DNA of 64,000 bases from Vicugna vicugna (GCA_013265495.1 MU062380.1:6948542-7012541); one strand, 5' to 3'. Counted from the stretch's first letter, positions 49,281 to 62,230 are shown. Numbers and translations are program-made. Notes: generated from the letters alone by a model not told the origin.

Positions 49281-50017
49281 GTATGAGGACTATATCATGA
49301 TCCACTTGCCACATTTCTGCACATAAACCCAGTCTCCAGAGAAGTAAATATGTAGCTCAGACCCCTAACTGCAAACGTAATTGGTGACTAGTGGAAGGCT
49401 CAACAGAATGCTAACAACAGCTCATTAGGCGTTGAATAGATGATCTTATGCAATCATTTGCTCTGTGGCTGTGCCTCAGCATAGCAGTGGGCCTCCTATT
49501 ATAACTAGTCTTTTCATAGCCTGCACCATTTTCTCTATTGACTTTTGTCACTGCAGATTGCAGGGAGTAGGCACTGTTGTCCAAAATTTTTCTGTGTTTC
49601 TTTTGAAACATACTGGGGACTTTTGTCCAGTATCAGTTACTCATTTATTCTGAGATTGGAATAGACCCCTTTCTGTTTACTAATCGCATGTTAAATTACT
49701 CTGACAGATGTATTTTTAAAAGGCAAGTAAATTTACTCTCTGAGATTACGTGGAACAAAGATGTTGGATGTCTTATCATTATGCACTGGGGTCATTAACT
49801 CACTAGGACGTATATATCCATAAATTTTCCACATGGCTAGAAACTGCCTCAAACTTGTTAGATGCTCAGTATCTCCTTCCTGAACACTAGTTTGTGGCCT
49901 CAAACAACTCCTTTCATTTGGAATGGGATGTGATTATAAATGTAATATACCCAAAGTCCTTTATGTTGTAGCAACATGTAAGGTTTTTACTTCAAAATGT
50001 AGGAAAATGAAGGTAAG

Positions 50018-50175
50018 TTTCTTTCTTTTTTAACAACTTTATTGTGGTATGATTTCTTTGCAGGAATCTACACATATTTCAGATGTACAATTTGATGAAT
50101 TTTGATAGATGTATATACATCTATGAGACCACCACCCCAGCCAAGATACCTAACAGTTCCATCACTCCCCAAGAG
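50018..50175 (-). mobile_element. Old L1 (L1MB/MC-type) 3' end
   Basis: ttaacaactttattgtggtatg...gatgtacaatttgatgaattttga...gaccaccacc...ccatcactcccc. Confidence 0.8.
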
Positions 50176-50759
50176 ATACAAATTTCGAACTCCCAATTCA
50201 GTAAATTTCTTGCATTGCTCCTCACTGTACTAGCCTGAGCTCTTCCTAATACTCATAATCCAGAGATATGAGTAGGAATCACCTGTGTGACCTTATCTAA
50301 GCATTAATTCAGGTCTGCACAAGGACTCCCTGTTCTGTTTTAAAGGAAATTGGCTAAATGGTAGATTTATGTAAATAGACAATCAATGAATCAAAGACAA
50401 TTCCTTTTTCTTTGTTTTGTGTTGTTGTCATTTTTTTTAACCAGCCCTGAGGGCACAAATTGAACACCGTTTCTCGTGAATAGAAGCAGCATACATTTTT
50501 GCAGGAAAAATAAGCATTAGTACATGATGGAGGAAAAAAAATACTTAAAAAAAAATGCCACAAACCTCTATGAATAGTGTTTGGAAGTCTTCAAATTAGA
50601 CTTAGGTGAACTGTGAGAGAAATGTGTAAGGACAAAAAAAATTATGTATTTGTTTCATTCAAATTAAGTTAAAGAATAAAGAAGAGAGTTTCAGAAAAAA
50701 AGGAAAAGAATAAAACCACTTTTTCCCCCTCATTTTGAATTGGCTGTTTGGTAACAGAG

Positions 50760-52100
50760 AAAGATTTTGGGGAACTGGGAAAGATGAAGCTCAAAACATG
50801 CAGAAATAATGAGAGCAATATAGGAAAATGGGGCAAGAGAGGATGGCCGTGTCTCAGGTCCTAGGAGAGTCCCTGGGACATGCCCCGCCATGTGAGGGTC
50901 CTGGGCTTCATGCAGGAAAGAATTCAAGAGTGAGCCATGGTTGAGTAATGGTAGATTTATTCAGAGAGATGCAGATCCCATAGATCGAGTGTAGGCCGTC
51001 TCAGAAGGCCAGAGAGGCCATGAGGCGTGCGGGTGGGTGTTTAGTTTAAAGTGAAAGTAGTTACGGACTCCACAGAGGATAGTTCTCACTCAGAAGGGAG
51101 AGCAGCCATGAGTTGTAGGGTTGTTAGGTTTTATGGGCTTGGTAGCTTCATATGCTAACAAGTGGAAGGATTATTCCAACTACTTCTAGGGAAAGGACTG
51201 GGATTCCCAGGAACTGGGCCACAGCCCACTTTTTAACCCTTTATGGTTAGCCTCAGAACTGTCATGGCACCTCTGGGAGTGCCACTTACCATGCTAATAT
51301 ATTATAATGAGCTTATAATAAAGCTCAAGGTCTACTGGAAGTCAAATCTCCCGCCATCTTGTGCCTCAAGGTCTACTGGGAGTTGAATTCTCTGCCATCT
51401 TGGTGCTAATTGCTGTGTCATTCCTTTAATGGTTGTGTCCCACCCGCTTCCCTCCTGTCTCAAGAGCATCTAATTAACTTAATTGAGTTTAGTTGTCCTT
51501 GGTCAGATGAAGTGGGCTCCAGTGCCTGCTGATAAAATCAACAAAACTGACTGAGAATTTTTGAAAAGTCAAAGATAATAGACCAGAAGTTTAGAGATGG
51601 AAAACCTGGGCTTCAATTTTTTGAAAAAAAGTAAGATGGATATCCCAAACCATATAATGTAGGACCTGTTACCAATTTGAGAAAAGAAAATAGGGATCTC
51701 TATCAGCTAGGATAAGATCACTAAAAATCAGATTATGTCTAACTGAACTCATGTGCTTTCCTGACCATCTTACAAAACTGTTGATTAGAAGAATGGAGTG
51801 TATGTAGTGTAGATGAATGTTAGCAAAACATGGGAGACTGTATGCCATGATACCACTGGTAACAGAATGGAGAAAAATGAATAGAGCTATAATAAAGCTG
51901 AGTTCAAGTAGAGGGAATTTCTTAAGGCTTATTGTAATCATCAGTGTTTTTGTCAATGGATTATATGAGGATATAAAGCATGACGATTTGGTGTGTAGCA
52001 GAAATAGGGATGAGACTATATAACATACTGAATAGTAGACCTGGAATTTTAAAAGCTTTCAGGAATTTAAAATAATGATAGAAGTCTTCAGAAACTAAGA
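50760..52100 (+). mobile_element. CR1/L3 LINE RT-region fossil, interrupted by an ERV LTR
   Basis: PEV*RW at 51583-51600 (CR1 PEDWRW), then degenerate IFKKG, SCxTNL and HD motifs; sequence on both sides of the LTR joins into the L3 consensus. Confidence 0.7.
50817..51462 (-). mobile_element. ERV1-type solo LTR (~645 bp)
   Basis: Ends cctgtctCA; AATAAA on the minus strand (tttatt 50956-50961); flanks agagc at 50812-50816 and 51463-51467; left terminus not a clean TG. Confidence 0.88.
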
Positions 52101-53219
52101 CCATAAGACTATATGTCAAGTTTACTGTTTTGGTATATGTAAAAGAAATATTGGCTGTCAAGTTGACTGCAATTTCAATAGTCTGACAAAGCATTGTTAA
52201 AAGATAAAGGGAAACTTAGGTTACATTAGAATTAGGGGGATAATGATCCAGCTTCACCTCTTGACCATGAAACACTGGAATCCACAATTTGGCATGACCC
52301 TGAAAAGTCATCTTGCTCAAGAAAAATTTTTAATGATTCATATGATTTCCCTCAACAACAGTTCTAATAAGTTGTGTTTCAGTCTCTTCAACACGACAAA
52401 AACGGGCCATTCCATTTTTATGTAATTAAAATTGTCACAAATGTCTTCTTTTACACCCAAATTGATTTCTCTTTAACTTTTACCAAATAGATATAATCCT
52501 TTTTACTTGAACCTCACAGAAAAGTCCTAATCCGTCTTCTATCTGACAACTCTTTAGGTATCTGGGAGTCTCCCTTCCTTTTCCCTTGTCAGACTCTATT
52601 TCCCTGTGAAATATACACTATCATGTCGCCATCTTCTCTGTTGCTAGGATTGCCATTCATTCATAAAACACATAATTACTGTTCCAATTGATGTGCTAGT
52701 ATTGGGGATGGAAGGAAGAATAAGACTTTTTCTCTGCACTCAAGGAGGCATTTTGTTTAAAAAGGAATAACCTACGATTGACTCATATTGGAATTTTTGT
52801 CAACTAGGATCTCTAAGGCCCCTTTTGTTTCTGCAAATAATAGCACCTGCTAAGCTATGTCTCACCTTTTTACTTATGTAAATAGTCCAGTTCCAAGTCC
52901 GCTGAAATAGAGATGCTTCATGGTCTGGTAATATTAAAGCTTTTCAAAATTTGTAAATTCAAAGCAACCATATATTAGGGAACAATTAGATGCCAACTCC
53001 TACTCTTAAGGTCACCAGTTTGGTAGTAGATGGAGGTATATAAACCAAGAATCACATTATAACATTATGTGTTTTGAAATAAAGATACATGGTGAATGGT
53101 ACTGGGTTACAGAAGAAACTATTTTTCTGTTTACTATTTCAATGAGAAAAATTCATTCACAATCGCAGATGCCACACTTGAGACTATTTTTTAAAGACAG
53201 TTGATGTATGAGATTTAGT

Positions 53220-53294
53220 TTTTAAGAACTGAAGCTATTTATCTAGCAAAGACTTGAGAAAGAAATGAAAGCTATCTTCAAGTAATTGAAGGGA
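53220..53294 (+). mobile_element. CR1/L3 3' fragment running into an N-run
   Basis: aaagctatcttcaagtaattgaaggga vs L3 atagctgtcttcaaatatctgaaggg. Confidence 0.6.
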
Positions 53295-53438
53295 NNNNNN
53301 NNNNNNNNNNNNNNNNNNNNNNNNNNNNNNNNNNNNNNNNNNNNNNNNNNNNNNNNNNNNNNNNNNNNNNNNNNNNNNNNNNNNNNNNNNNNNNNNNNNN
53401 NNNNNNNNNNNNNNNNNNNNNNNNNNNNNNNNNNNNNN
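53295..53438. other. N-run, 144 bp
   Basis: Seen directly. Confidence 1.
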
Positions 53439-53459
53439 TAGATCTAGTAAGTTTCAGAA

Positions 53460-54910
53460 AAAGAGTGTAGACAAAATTGGGAAAAAGAAATATTCAAAGG
53501 AATAATGGACAAGAAAGTCTTAAGGATTTAAAAGGAAAAACTCCAAGCAAAACAAACAAAAGTAAATTTGCACAAAGCCACTTTGTAATGAAACTAAAGA
53601 ACACCAAAGAAAAAATGCAATCTTAAAAGCAACCAAACGAAATAAGACCAAATGCCTAAAAGAAACATCAGTTTAGTTGAAGCAGACTTCTCATCAGCAA
53701 CAATACAGACCAGAGGGAAATGGAACTATTATCTTTAAAGTGACAAAATAAAATAATCATTTTTCTATAGTTATATACTCAGCTATACTATTGTTAATAT
53801 ATAATTAGTTCAGTTGGGTATGTATTTTTGTGTGTGTATATATATATATATGGACACTCTAGAACATGGACACTTCTAGAACATAGAAAGGTTGAAAACA
53901 AAATAATGGGGAAAAAACAGGCAAATTCAAATAAAAAGAAATATGATGTAGTAATGATAATACGTGACAAAATAGATTTTTATCAACAGAATGTAATAAA
54001 CCTGAGCTGGTATGTAGCCAAATGAAAGTCTGATGTTATATCCTGATAAATTTGACTGAATTACTCAAAAACATTGACAAATATAAACATGGTGGGAAAT
54101 TTAATATACCTTCACTTAAACCTGTAGATGAAAAATACCCCCCAAAAAGTGATGATATAGAGATTCTAAACAGCACAATTAAGGAGCTTAAATAGGAGAA
54201 TGTATAGAGCCCTGTCCTGAGCAATTGGATACTTTTTTTCAAGCACAAATGAGTCATTTTAAAAACTGACCACATTATAAGTCTCAAAAGATAAGTCTGA
54301 TACCAATGAAATAACTTCCCCACTTCCCAATCCGATATGCTAAGAAACTAAAAAACACACTTCTAAATAAATAATGTATCAGAGCATAATTCATAATGGG
54401 AGGCACTTTATATTTAGAACTTAACAACAATGAAAACATTATATACCAAATAGGTTAAGACACAGCTAAACTAATTTGAGAAGGAAATTTTGGTGTATAT
54501 TATAAATAAATATAATTTAAAGAAGTAAAATTGGAAATTAATCAGCTAAGAATTAAGTTATAAAAGGTAGGTATAGCAGAACTATGTTAGCTCCCCCAAA
54601 ATGGAAAGAAGGCAACAAATTTATGAAATAAGTAACAAGGAAATAGAGCAGGTGAACAAATTCAAAAGTTAATTCTTTTGTAAAGGCTAATAATATAGAA
54701 AAATCTAAGCAATGGTTGATCAGATTAAAAAATGAAGCAGAAAAATCAGTGATTGATGTAAAAGGAGACATAATTAAAATATAGTAGAAGTTTTAAAATC
54801 GTAAGAGTAACATAAATAACTTTATGCCAGCACATTTGAAAACTTAGATACAATGGACATTTTAGAAAAAAATGATTAAACTGATTCAAGAGGAAGTGAA
54901 AAATTAAAAC
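53460..54910 (+). mobile_element. Ancient L1M fossil (ORF1 end to ORF2 endonuclease region)
   Basis: A-rich; ctcatcagcaacaatacagaccagagg, gacaaaatagatttt, ggtgggaaatttaatatacc and aacttagatacaatggacatt resemble L1 ORF1/ORF2; no open frame. Confidence 0.75.
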
Positions 54911-54949
54911 TTTTTATCATTTTTTCACCATTATATTCATTTTGGTGAT

Positions 54950-55340
54950 AGATGAGGACTGTATGTTTTCTAAGGAGAATGACTAAACTGATGAGGGGAC
55001 TTTAAATCTTGTTATAAGAGTCATGCTCTGTCTTCAAATGTCTGAAGGGATAACATTCAAAAGGAGAATTAAATATGTGTATTGGGCTCTCTAACAAGAG
55101 AACTAAGACCAATATTTGAAAATTATAGATGGACAGATAGTCTATCTTTACATTGAACTAAAATTCTAGCAGTCAGAGCTGTCAGGACATGAAATGACTT
55201 ATTCCTGGAGATTGTGGCTTCTCTTCTTTGAGGTGTACATGAACAGACTGGATGGTCACTTAGTGAGGTTGTGGCATAGGGGACAAAAATCATCACATGA
55301 GATGTTGAACAAGATGTCCTTTTAGGTTTAATTTTATGAA
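54950..55340 (+). mobile_element. CR1/L3 3' end
   Basis: ctgtcttcaaatgtctgaaggg...gaactaagaccaat...cagagctgtc...gactggatggtcactt. Confidence 0.75.
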
Positions 55341-55625
55341 CTTAAAAACTGTATCTTCTTTCCAGGTTTGCATAAGTGGAATATGCCTGCAAAATAGTTT
55401 TCCTGTGCTAACTTGTGATTTGCCATAGGCAAAGGTAAAATAAATCTCTACCACAGTCTGAGATTAACAACTTTCAAATGTATGGAATGAAGGTGCTAAA
55501 TTCCTACCGTCATTAGTACCCATGCTATGCGTGTTTTACTCTCAAAGAATTCATTTAGTCATAACCAACCAATTCACCTGCTACTATAGTAGTGAGAGTG
55601 ATTTGCTGGAGGGAATTTAAGGTTT

Positions 55626-55938
55626 CGTAATGGATGTTGTATATGCACCATCCAGATCCCCTTTTCTGGATAAGGAACTCGTTCTAAGCTGCTGAGAATA
55701 TTGGTGGCTTATGACTCTTAACTGATTCCTTCTCTGGGAATTCCTTTCAACCAAAGGCAGCCACTGCCAACATCACACCCTCTCCCTGAGGACAGTTCAC
55801 GTTGAATGACTGGTTGATAAGGAGTATTAAATTTCCTTTGCTTAGTCTCCACAACTCTGAAAGGCCATTCTAGCTCCAGAGCTTTTGCAAGCAAATCTCA
55901 GTTCCAGAGACTGTTTCTTGGGGAACCTGACATAAACA
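55626..55938 (+). mobile_element. LTR16C-like ERVL solo LTR with internal deletion
   Basis: gtaatggatgttgtatatgcaccatccagatcccctt...ctccagagc...gggaacctgacataaaca follows LTR16C. Confidence 0.8.
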
Positions 55939-58900
55939 TAAAATGATTCCTTAGTCTTTATTTTTATGGCATGTAGACTAGGCTGACCACATGAGGACTC
56001 CCATGTGACATGTGTATTGCTATAGTCATTCAGGAGTGTTAAAGAGTCATTGCTTTTCCTGCCTTGTTCCATAATTTAACTTGGGATTTGGGGAAGTTGT
56101 GATGAGAAAAGGAGGGTGTAGAAGTAATAATGAGACTAGGAAATGGAGGGGAGGAGGCGGGGAAGGTGACATAGAAGCCTGAGAGTCTACTACTTCTTTT
56201 TCTAGCTGTAATTATATTCACTCTTCTTTACTAATACACACCTTTTGGAAGCATCCCTCCCTCCATTTTTTCTCACCCTCCTCCCACCCTCTTCTATTCA
56301 TCTCTCTTCAACCTGCCCCAAAATAGAAGTAGTTGACAGCACTTGAATGGTATGTAATGAGGAGAGCTCTGTTCATAATCAGGGGTCTAGAGGTACATCA
56401 CAGCTCTGCCAGTCACTGTAAATAAATTTTGATATAAATATATATAGTTTCAAATAAACTATAAATAGAATCTCATTCAACTTGGCAGTCAGTGTACTAT
56501 TAGAGATGCTTTAAATGAGTGGAATTTAAGCCATCAGCTCTAACAGTTGGGCACTGCCTTGCTTCTAGATGTAGAGATGGCCTAGAGCTTGAACTAGCTC
56601 CACTGGGTCTTCTGTTTATGACTCTTCCATTTAGGCCAAGGTAAATCCTTTTTAGTTACCAAGTACCAAGCCTATGGAGAAAACCATTGATCTTTTTTTT
56701 TTCTTTCTACTTTTTCTCCTATTCTCCTTTACAATAACTTGTATTTCCCACTTTATTTGGGTTAGTTTAAACATTTCCTCTCTATAGTTTCACTTCCTTA
56801 AAATTATGACCATTTCAGCAAAGGAATCCCCAATACTCATTTTATCTGTATTAGGAAATATAAACCTTTGAACAGATATGTCTTTTGGAGAAAATTTCAT
56901 GAATTTTTTGGGTTGTGAATTGATTATGTATTGCTTTAAGGTCTCATATTGTGTGTTGTTGCTATTATATAACAAAAATGAATTCCTTTTTCTACCTTCT
57001 GTAGTTCAATTTAGTGGATTCTGAGCTTCAGAGGGATGGCTGAAAATCAGCTTTTCAAACTGCCCAACTACTTTTCTAAGATAATCCAGTCATTCTGGCC
57101 TATTGAGCACAAGATTAACCTTCCACTGCTGCCACTTGAGTGTATGATCTCATCATATTACAATAATTGTAATGGAAAAGAAATTGAGTAACTGGTTTGA
57201 TTTACCATTTAAAAACAATCATGTGATCGTTCATTCACCTTTCTGTGAAAATGTGGTCTCCTCTGCAAAACCAGGCCTGGGTGCACTACAATCAAAGATT
57301 AATTTTAGAAACACTGTCACCTGGTGGTACATTAGAGTTATTGCACTTGGCTTTTCCCCAAGTTTTTTTCAATATCCATGTCTATAGGAGAAAGGAATCA
57401 ACCTCTAAGAAACTAAACAGCGCATCTTATTTTGCCAAGTGTAGTTCAGAGTGAAAATTACACAAATCTTTCCCATTGTGCCGCTATAAGACTGTAAAAC
57501 TATAAGACCTAAGACCATTCCTCCTTCTGAGAATCCAGCCCAGTATTCAGGGATACTTTGTGTCCCCTCTTCTGTGTCTTCCATCACATGTGTTTGTAAC
57601 TTGTAGAAACTTGAAGGAATCCTGGTAACATTTTGGACTGATAAAACCATCACTTTTCTATCGTGCCCCTTTGCTGGTTTATGAAAAGTAGGGCATATGT
57701 TCTATAAGAGCCCAAGGCAAGATAACATAATAGAAAATTCTGTGTGCAGGCACAATGCTCCCCTTTCTGTACTGAAGTGAGTCATAGAATGCCTGGCCAA
57801 CAGGAGAACAGAAAGCAGTGTGTTATCTCTGCCTGCATCTTCCCCATTTCCCCAGATGCTGGAACCAGGAGAAGCATTATAGGTCTAAAAATAGGCCCCA
57901 TATGTGCGGTAATAAACTGGTCTGGATAGGCCTTTAAGGAGGAAAAGAAAGCCCCATAGGTTGATAATGAATGGTTTAAGCAGTGTAGCTGTGCATAAAA
58001 TCCTGCAGCGTGCATTTGAAATAAGCTGGCTCGTGTGATCACTGGAGATAGTGAAATCAGACATTTCATCCACTGTGTTGGCTTTGGGGATGAGGCGATG
58101 CAGTTGAACTTTTTAAAGACAGAACTGAGTCTTTACCTTATGCTGTGAGACGTGGTGGTGGCAGTTAAAACAGCCATTTTTCATCCTTGTTGATGCCGTG
58201 ATGGCAGGTTGGCCTCAGAACCCTCAGTCTGCTAACTGGTAAAAATTCATGTCTAATATCAAAATTGCAAATTCTGTAGTCTTGAATGTTTCTGACCAAA
58301 ATAAGTTGAAATATGAACAGTCATCCTTTCATAATTGGTCACTGAGGACAGGGCATGTTTGTGATACTGCCAGCATAATTGTTGCTCTTTGGGGAGAATT
58401 TTGCTCGGTGAAAAATTTTGACATTGTAACTGACGTTGAGTCTTCGGACCTGAAGACAATCAGGAAGTCTCTGCTTGACCTTCCACGGCAGTGGGAGCAT
58501 GAGCAGATTCCTCATAGGGCAAGTATCCCAGCACGCCAAAGACCCTCCTGATAATGTATTTAAGACATACACATATATGTGTAACGATCAGTATGTATAC
58601 TTACTTGACAGTGCAAACGTTGGGACCACTGACGTGATCAGAATAGTCTCTGGGGGATTCTCATTCAAAACTGACTCAACAACAATCATAAATAAATTGC
58701 TTTGGCCACTCGCCCGCCCGTGAACTCCCCCATCTTAACTCAAGCCAACATGAAAAAGAGGCAATAACGTAAATTTAGACTTCAGCCTCCAAGACCATTA
58801 GTCTCTAGTGCATCTTTTGCAATGTGTAGAATTAAATTAATTCAAAACCAAGAACTATTGGTTTTGCTATGAATTAAATGCTTGCTTCTGTGAATGTTTT

Positions 58901-59417
58901 ATTATCTCTTTGTGAGTCATCATGGCTCATCATTGCATCTGCTTCCAGCCTAGAATTCACAGTACCATCTGATTGTTAGTCCCCAGATCCCAGCAAGAGT
59001 TGCTCTGCTGTGGCCCCTCTCTAAGAACGGTCCTTAGGAAAGGCACTACCCTCACTGCTGAGAGGTTGCACCTTTTGGGAGAGAGACCAATTACATCAGT
59101 TTTTAGAAAAATCACTAACTCTAGATAAGTGTTTTGCCCATTTATAAAATATTTTATTTCTTTTATTTCCCTAACAGTGGTTGAAACAGAAGGTAGATGT
59201 CAAATTCTATGCCTAAAAAAAGAATCCACAATTAGCTGATAGAGAAACTCTTGAAATTCTGAATTTTATTTCATTTATCTTTATATTTACCAAAATGACT
59301 GGCACAGGGTAGGAGCCCAATGAATGTCTGCTGAATAACTAAAAGCCTTGTAATCTTTAGCCTGTATGACTTTGTAAGTATTTGCAGCCCTGTTGGAATA
59401 GGTTGATTCTCTATAAC

Positions 59418-59560
59418 CGTGGTTATAGTCAAAGTGTGGTCCTTGGTCATTACCTGGGAGCTTGTTAGAATACAGAATCTCAGGGCCTACCACTGACCTA
59501 CTGCACTAAAATCTGTATTTTAACAAGATCCCCAGGTTTTTCATATGTGAAAGCACTGCT
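59418..59560. mobile_element. MER5A-type MITE
   Basis: caaagtgtggtcc...cctgggagcttgttagaatacagaatctcagg...ttttaacaagatccccagg. Confidence 0.85.
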
Positions 59561-60212
59561 TCTCTATAAATCCTGTTCCTTTATTAGCATGGTCAGACTT
59601 TGTTTTCTTAAGTTCTTGCCCTATAAATATATTTATCAGTTTTATGTTGATTCCTGTGGGATCTTTAATTGAAAAGGACAGAGAGGATCTGTTTATGTTC
59701 ATTACCTATAGACACAGACCTACCCCTCACCTCTTTGTGGGTATTCATTATCCTTTGATAAAGGCATCATTATCTAGGTTAATATGAACCCAATTATCTT
59801 TAACATAAAGCACAGCGGTCTCCTCACTAGAATGTAGAATTTTATAATTACTTAAGATTTTTCTGTATTGTTACAAACTCTTTTGAAGATCAATCAGTAA
59901 TTCCAATATAAATTGATTAACTGGGACAGCTGCAAAAATCAACTTAAATCTTGAGATATACATATATATATATATCAGCATGGAAGACTGATCATTTCTC
60001 AAAAGATGTATATATGCAGCCTTATTGGAAGGATAACGAGAAAAGTAACTCGTGCAGACAGTTTCTTGATTTCCTTGTCATCAGCCAAATTTTTATACTC
60101 ATGTTAGTCTTAGAGTATGTATCATTGCCAAGTAGAATATGCATTACTGGTTTTAAAAAAGAGTCAACCTCAGTATGTTTTAATTAATTAAACTGAAAAA
60201 TCTATAAATGGG

Positions 60213-60664
60213 TATAGTGAGTTGAATGGTGACTCCTCCAAAAGACCTGGATCCTTACAATGTAACCTTATTTAGAATAAGGGTCTTTGCTGACATATTT
60301 AAGATAAGGATCTCAAAATGAGATTATTTTAGATTAGGTTGGCCTTAAATCCAATAGTGAGTACCTCTTTAAAAGACAGAAACAGAGAAGACAGAAACGG
60401 AGAAGACAAAGGGAAGAAGGCCATGTGAAGAAGGAAGGGGAGATTGGAGAGTTGCCTGTAAAACCAATGATACCAGAATTGCCAGCAGTCAATGAAAGTT
60501 GGAAGTGGCAAGAAAGGATTCTCCTCCCCTAGATCTGTTGGAGCCTCGCTAACACCTTGATTTTGGACTTTTGGCTTCCAGAACTGTGAGAAAACACATT
60601 TCTGTTGTTTTAAGCCACCTATTTTGCAGTAATTTGTTATAGCAACCCTAGACAACTGGTATAA
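60213..60664 (+). mobile_element. MLT1B/C-type MaLR solo LTR
   Basis: tatagtgagttgaatggtgac...gtaaccttatttagaataagggtctttgc...ggcttccagaactgtgag...tttgttatagcaaccctag. Confidence 0.92.
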
Positions 60665-62049
60665 TGAGCTAAATAAATCCATTGTCTGGTGATGCATTGA
60701 CTGAGTGAGTGGCTTTGACATTATAACTCCCTCACCTGACATCATAACACCCTCATCTTACTTGGTATATCATCTTCTGATTCTGTTACTGCAAGTGTAG
60801 AGGCACACGCGTGTGCACAAGAGGCAAGTCACATACACACACAGATAAAGATGGAGAACATAGTAAAAAGTGGACGCATCTACAGGAAGTGATGATACTG
60901 CCAAGAGTGGGGGAAATGGCAGGAAAGAAGAACAGCAAATATCATTAAACAACTTTTGAAGCTGAAAAGACAGAGGTTTACAAGAAACAAAGCTCTAGAA
61001 TAGCTGTGCTTATAAAGGGCTATGACCTTTGGCTTTACAGATATTCCCAATACACAGAGAAATCAATCAATAGCCTTTAGCCTTGAATTCAACAATCAGA
61101 GTTTAACCTGAGGGCTTTGAAGTCATTAGAGCTGTAACATTTTCTTGTGTTATTATACCTGGATCTGTGAGCGTGTGTGTGAGTGAATGTGTGACTGAGA
61201 GATGAGTTTGAAAACAGAGTCTTACCTTCTTGAAAGTGTCTGCTGTCTCTTTCACAACCGAGTGTGAACAGGGCAATAGTCATTGGCCTGGTTGAATGAA
61301 TACCTTTGTGATTTGTTCTATGCATGTCCAATCCCTGGCCAAAGTTGCATGATCCAGCAGGGTGTCAGGTTATTGATATATTAGGTGTGTGAAAGAAACA
61401 GGGGGTTTATAAATAGTTTGCTCCATCTGTGTCACTAATGTGGGCATTGCCACCTTGTAGCCCCACAAATCAATATCCAAATTCAATGACAAACTTTTTC
61501 AACAACATAACTCATCAAGCTTTAGTGTTCCCTAAGACAAGGACCCTGCCTGTGTGAGGCCATCAAGCACCAATATTGACTATGTAGGACATTTTTAAGG
61601 CTATTTATATCACAATAAAGGTGCTTTATTAGCCTTATCAATCAGGAGAGTGCAAATTCCACCCTGGAATAAGCTCTGCCTGAATGTGGGAAACAGGGAA
61701 GGGTAGAAATGATGGGATGCCTTATCTTCCATCTCATTTGAAACTTCCTAATTGAAACAACAGACGAGCTTATTGCTTATAAAATAAATGAAGGAGTCAC
61801 CACTAATGTAATAATGAAAGTTTAGGCTTTGGGTTGTTTTTCCCCTGCTTGACAGAGAGTTGGTGGCCAGCCAGCAGAGTGATTCCTGGTTTCCATAGTT
61901 AGAGACACAGTGCATCTGTCATTTGACCAAGATGGATGTACTGGCCATGCAGTAGGGCTGCACCTAGCTTGTAGCACAAGCCTAGACTAGTGGTTCCTGT
62001 CATCTGTGACTTGGCAAGTAATACTGTCTATCACTGGGTCAGGGAAATG

Positions 62050-62230
62050 CTACCCCATAGTAGTTAACAGCTCAGTCTCAGGAGTCAGACAAAATTGGAT
62101 TCGAATTCCATCTGACTTATTTGAGCTGATTTTTTCTCCACTGAAGAACAAGGGACCTACATCTTAGGGTTGTTGTGAGAATTAGCCCAGATAATTCCCT
62201 ATGCGTAGTAAGCACACAGTAAATGCTCTC
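62050..62230 (+). mobile_element. MIR SINE
   Basis: caggagtcagacaaaattggattcgaattcc...cttagggttgttgtgagaatta. Confidence 0.75.

Noticed and set aside
55366-55434. 69-nt segment between ttccAG and AAG|GTAAAA
   Set aside because: Stop codons in all three frames
60803-60816. 14-bp palindrome GCACACGCGTGTGC; 9-bp stem at 23984-24010
   Set aside because: Short inverted repeats of this size are expected, especially in CA/TG-rich sequence
61229-61290. Minus-strand 62-nt candidate exon (PMTIALFTLGCERDSRHFQE) ending AAG|GTAAGA
   Set aside because: Weak pyrimidine tract, frame-shifting length, no recognised homology
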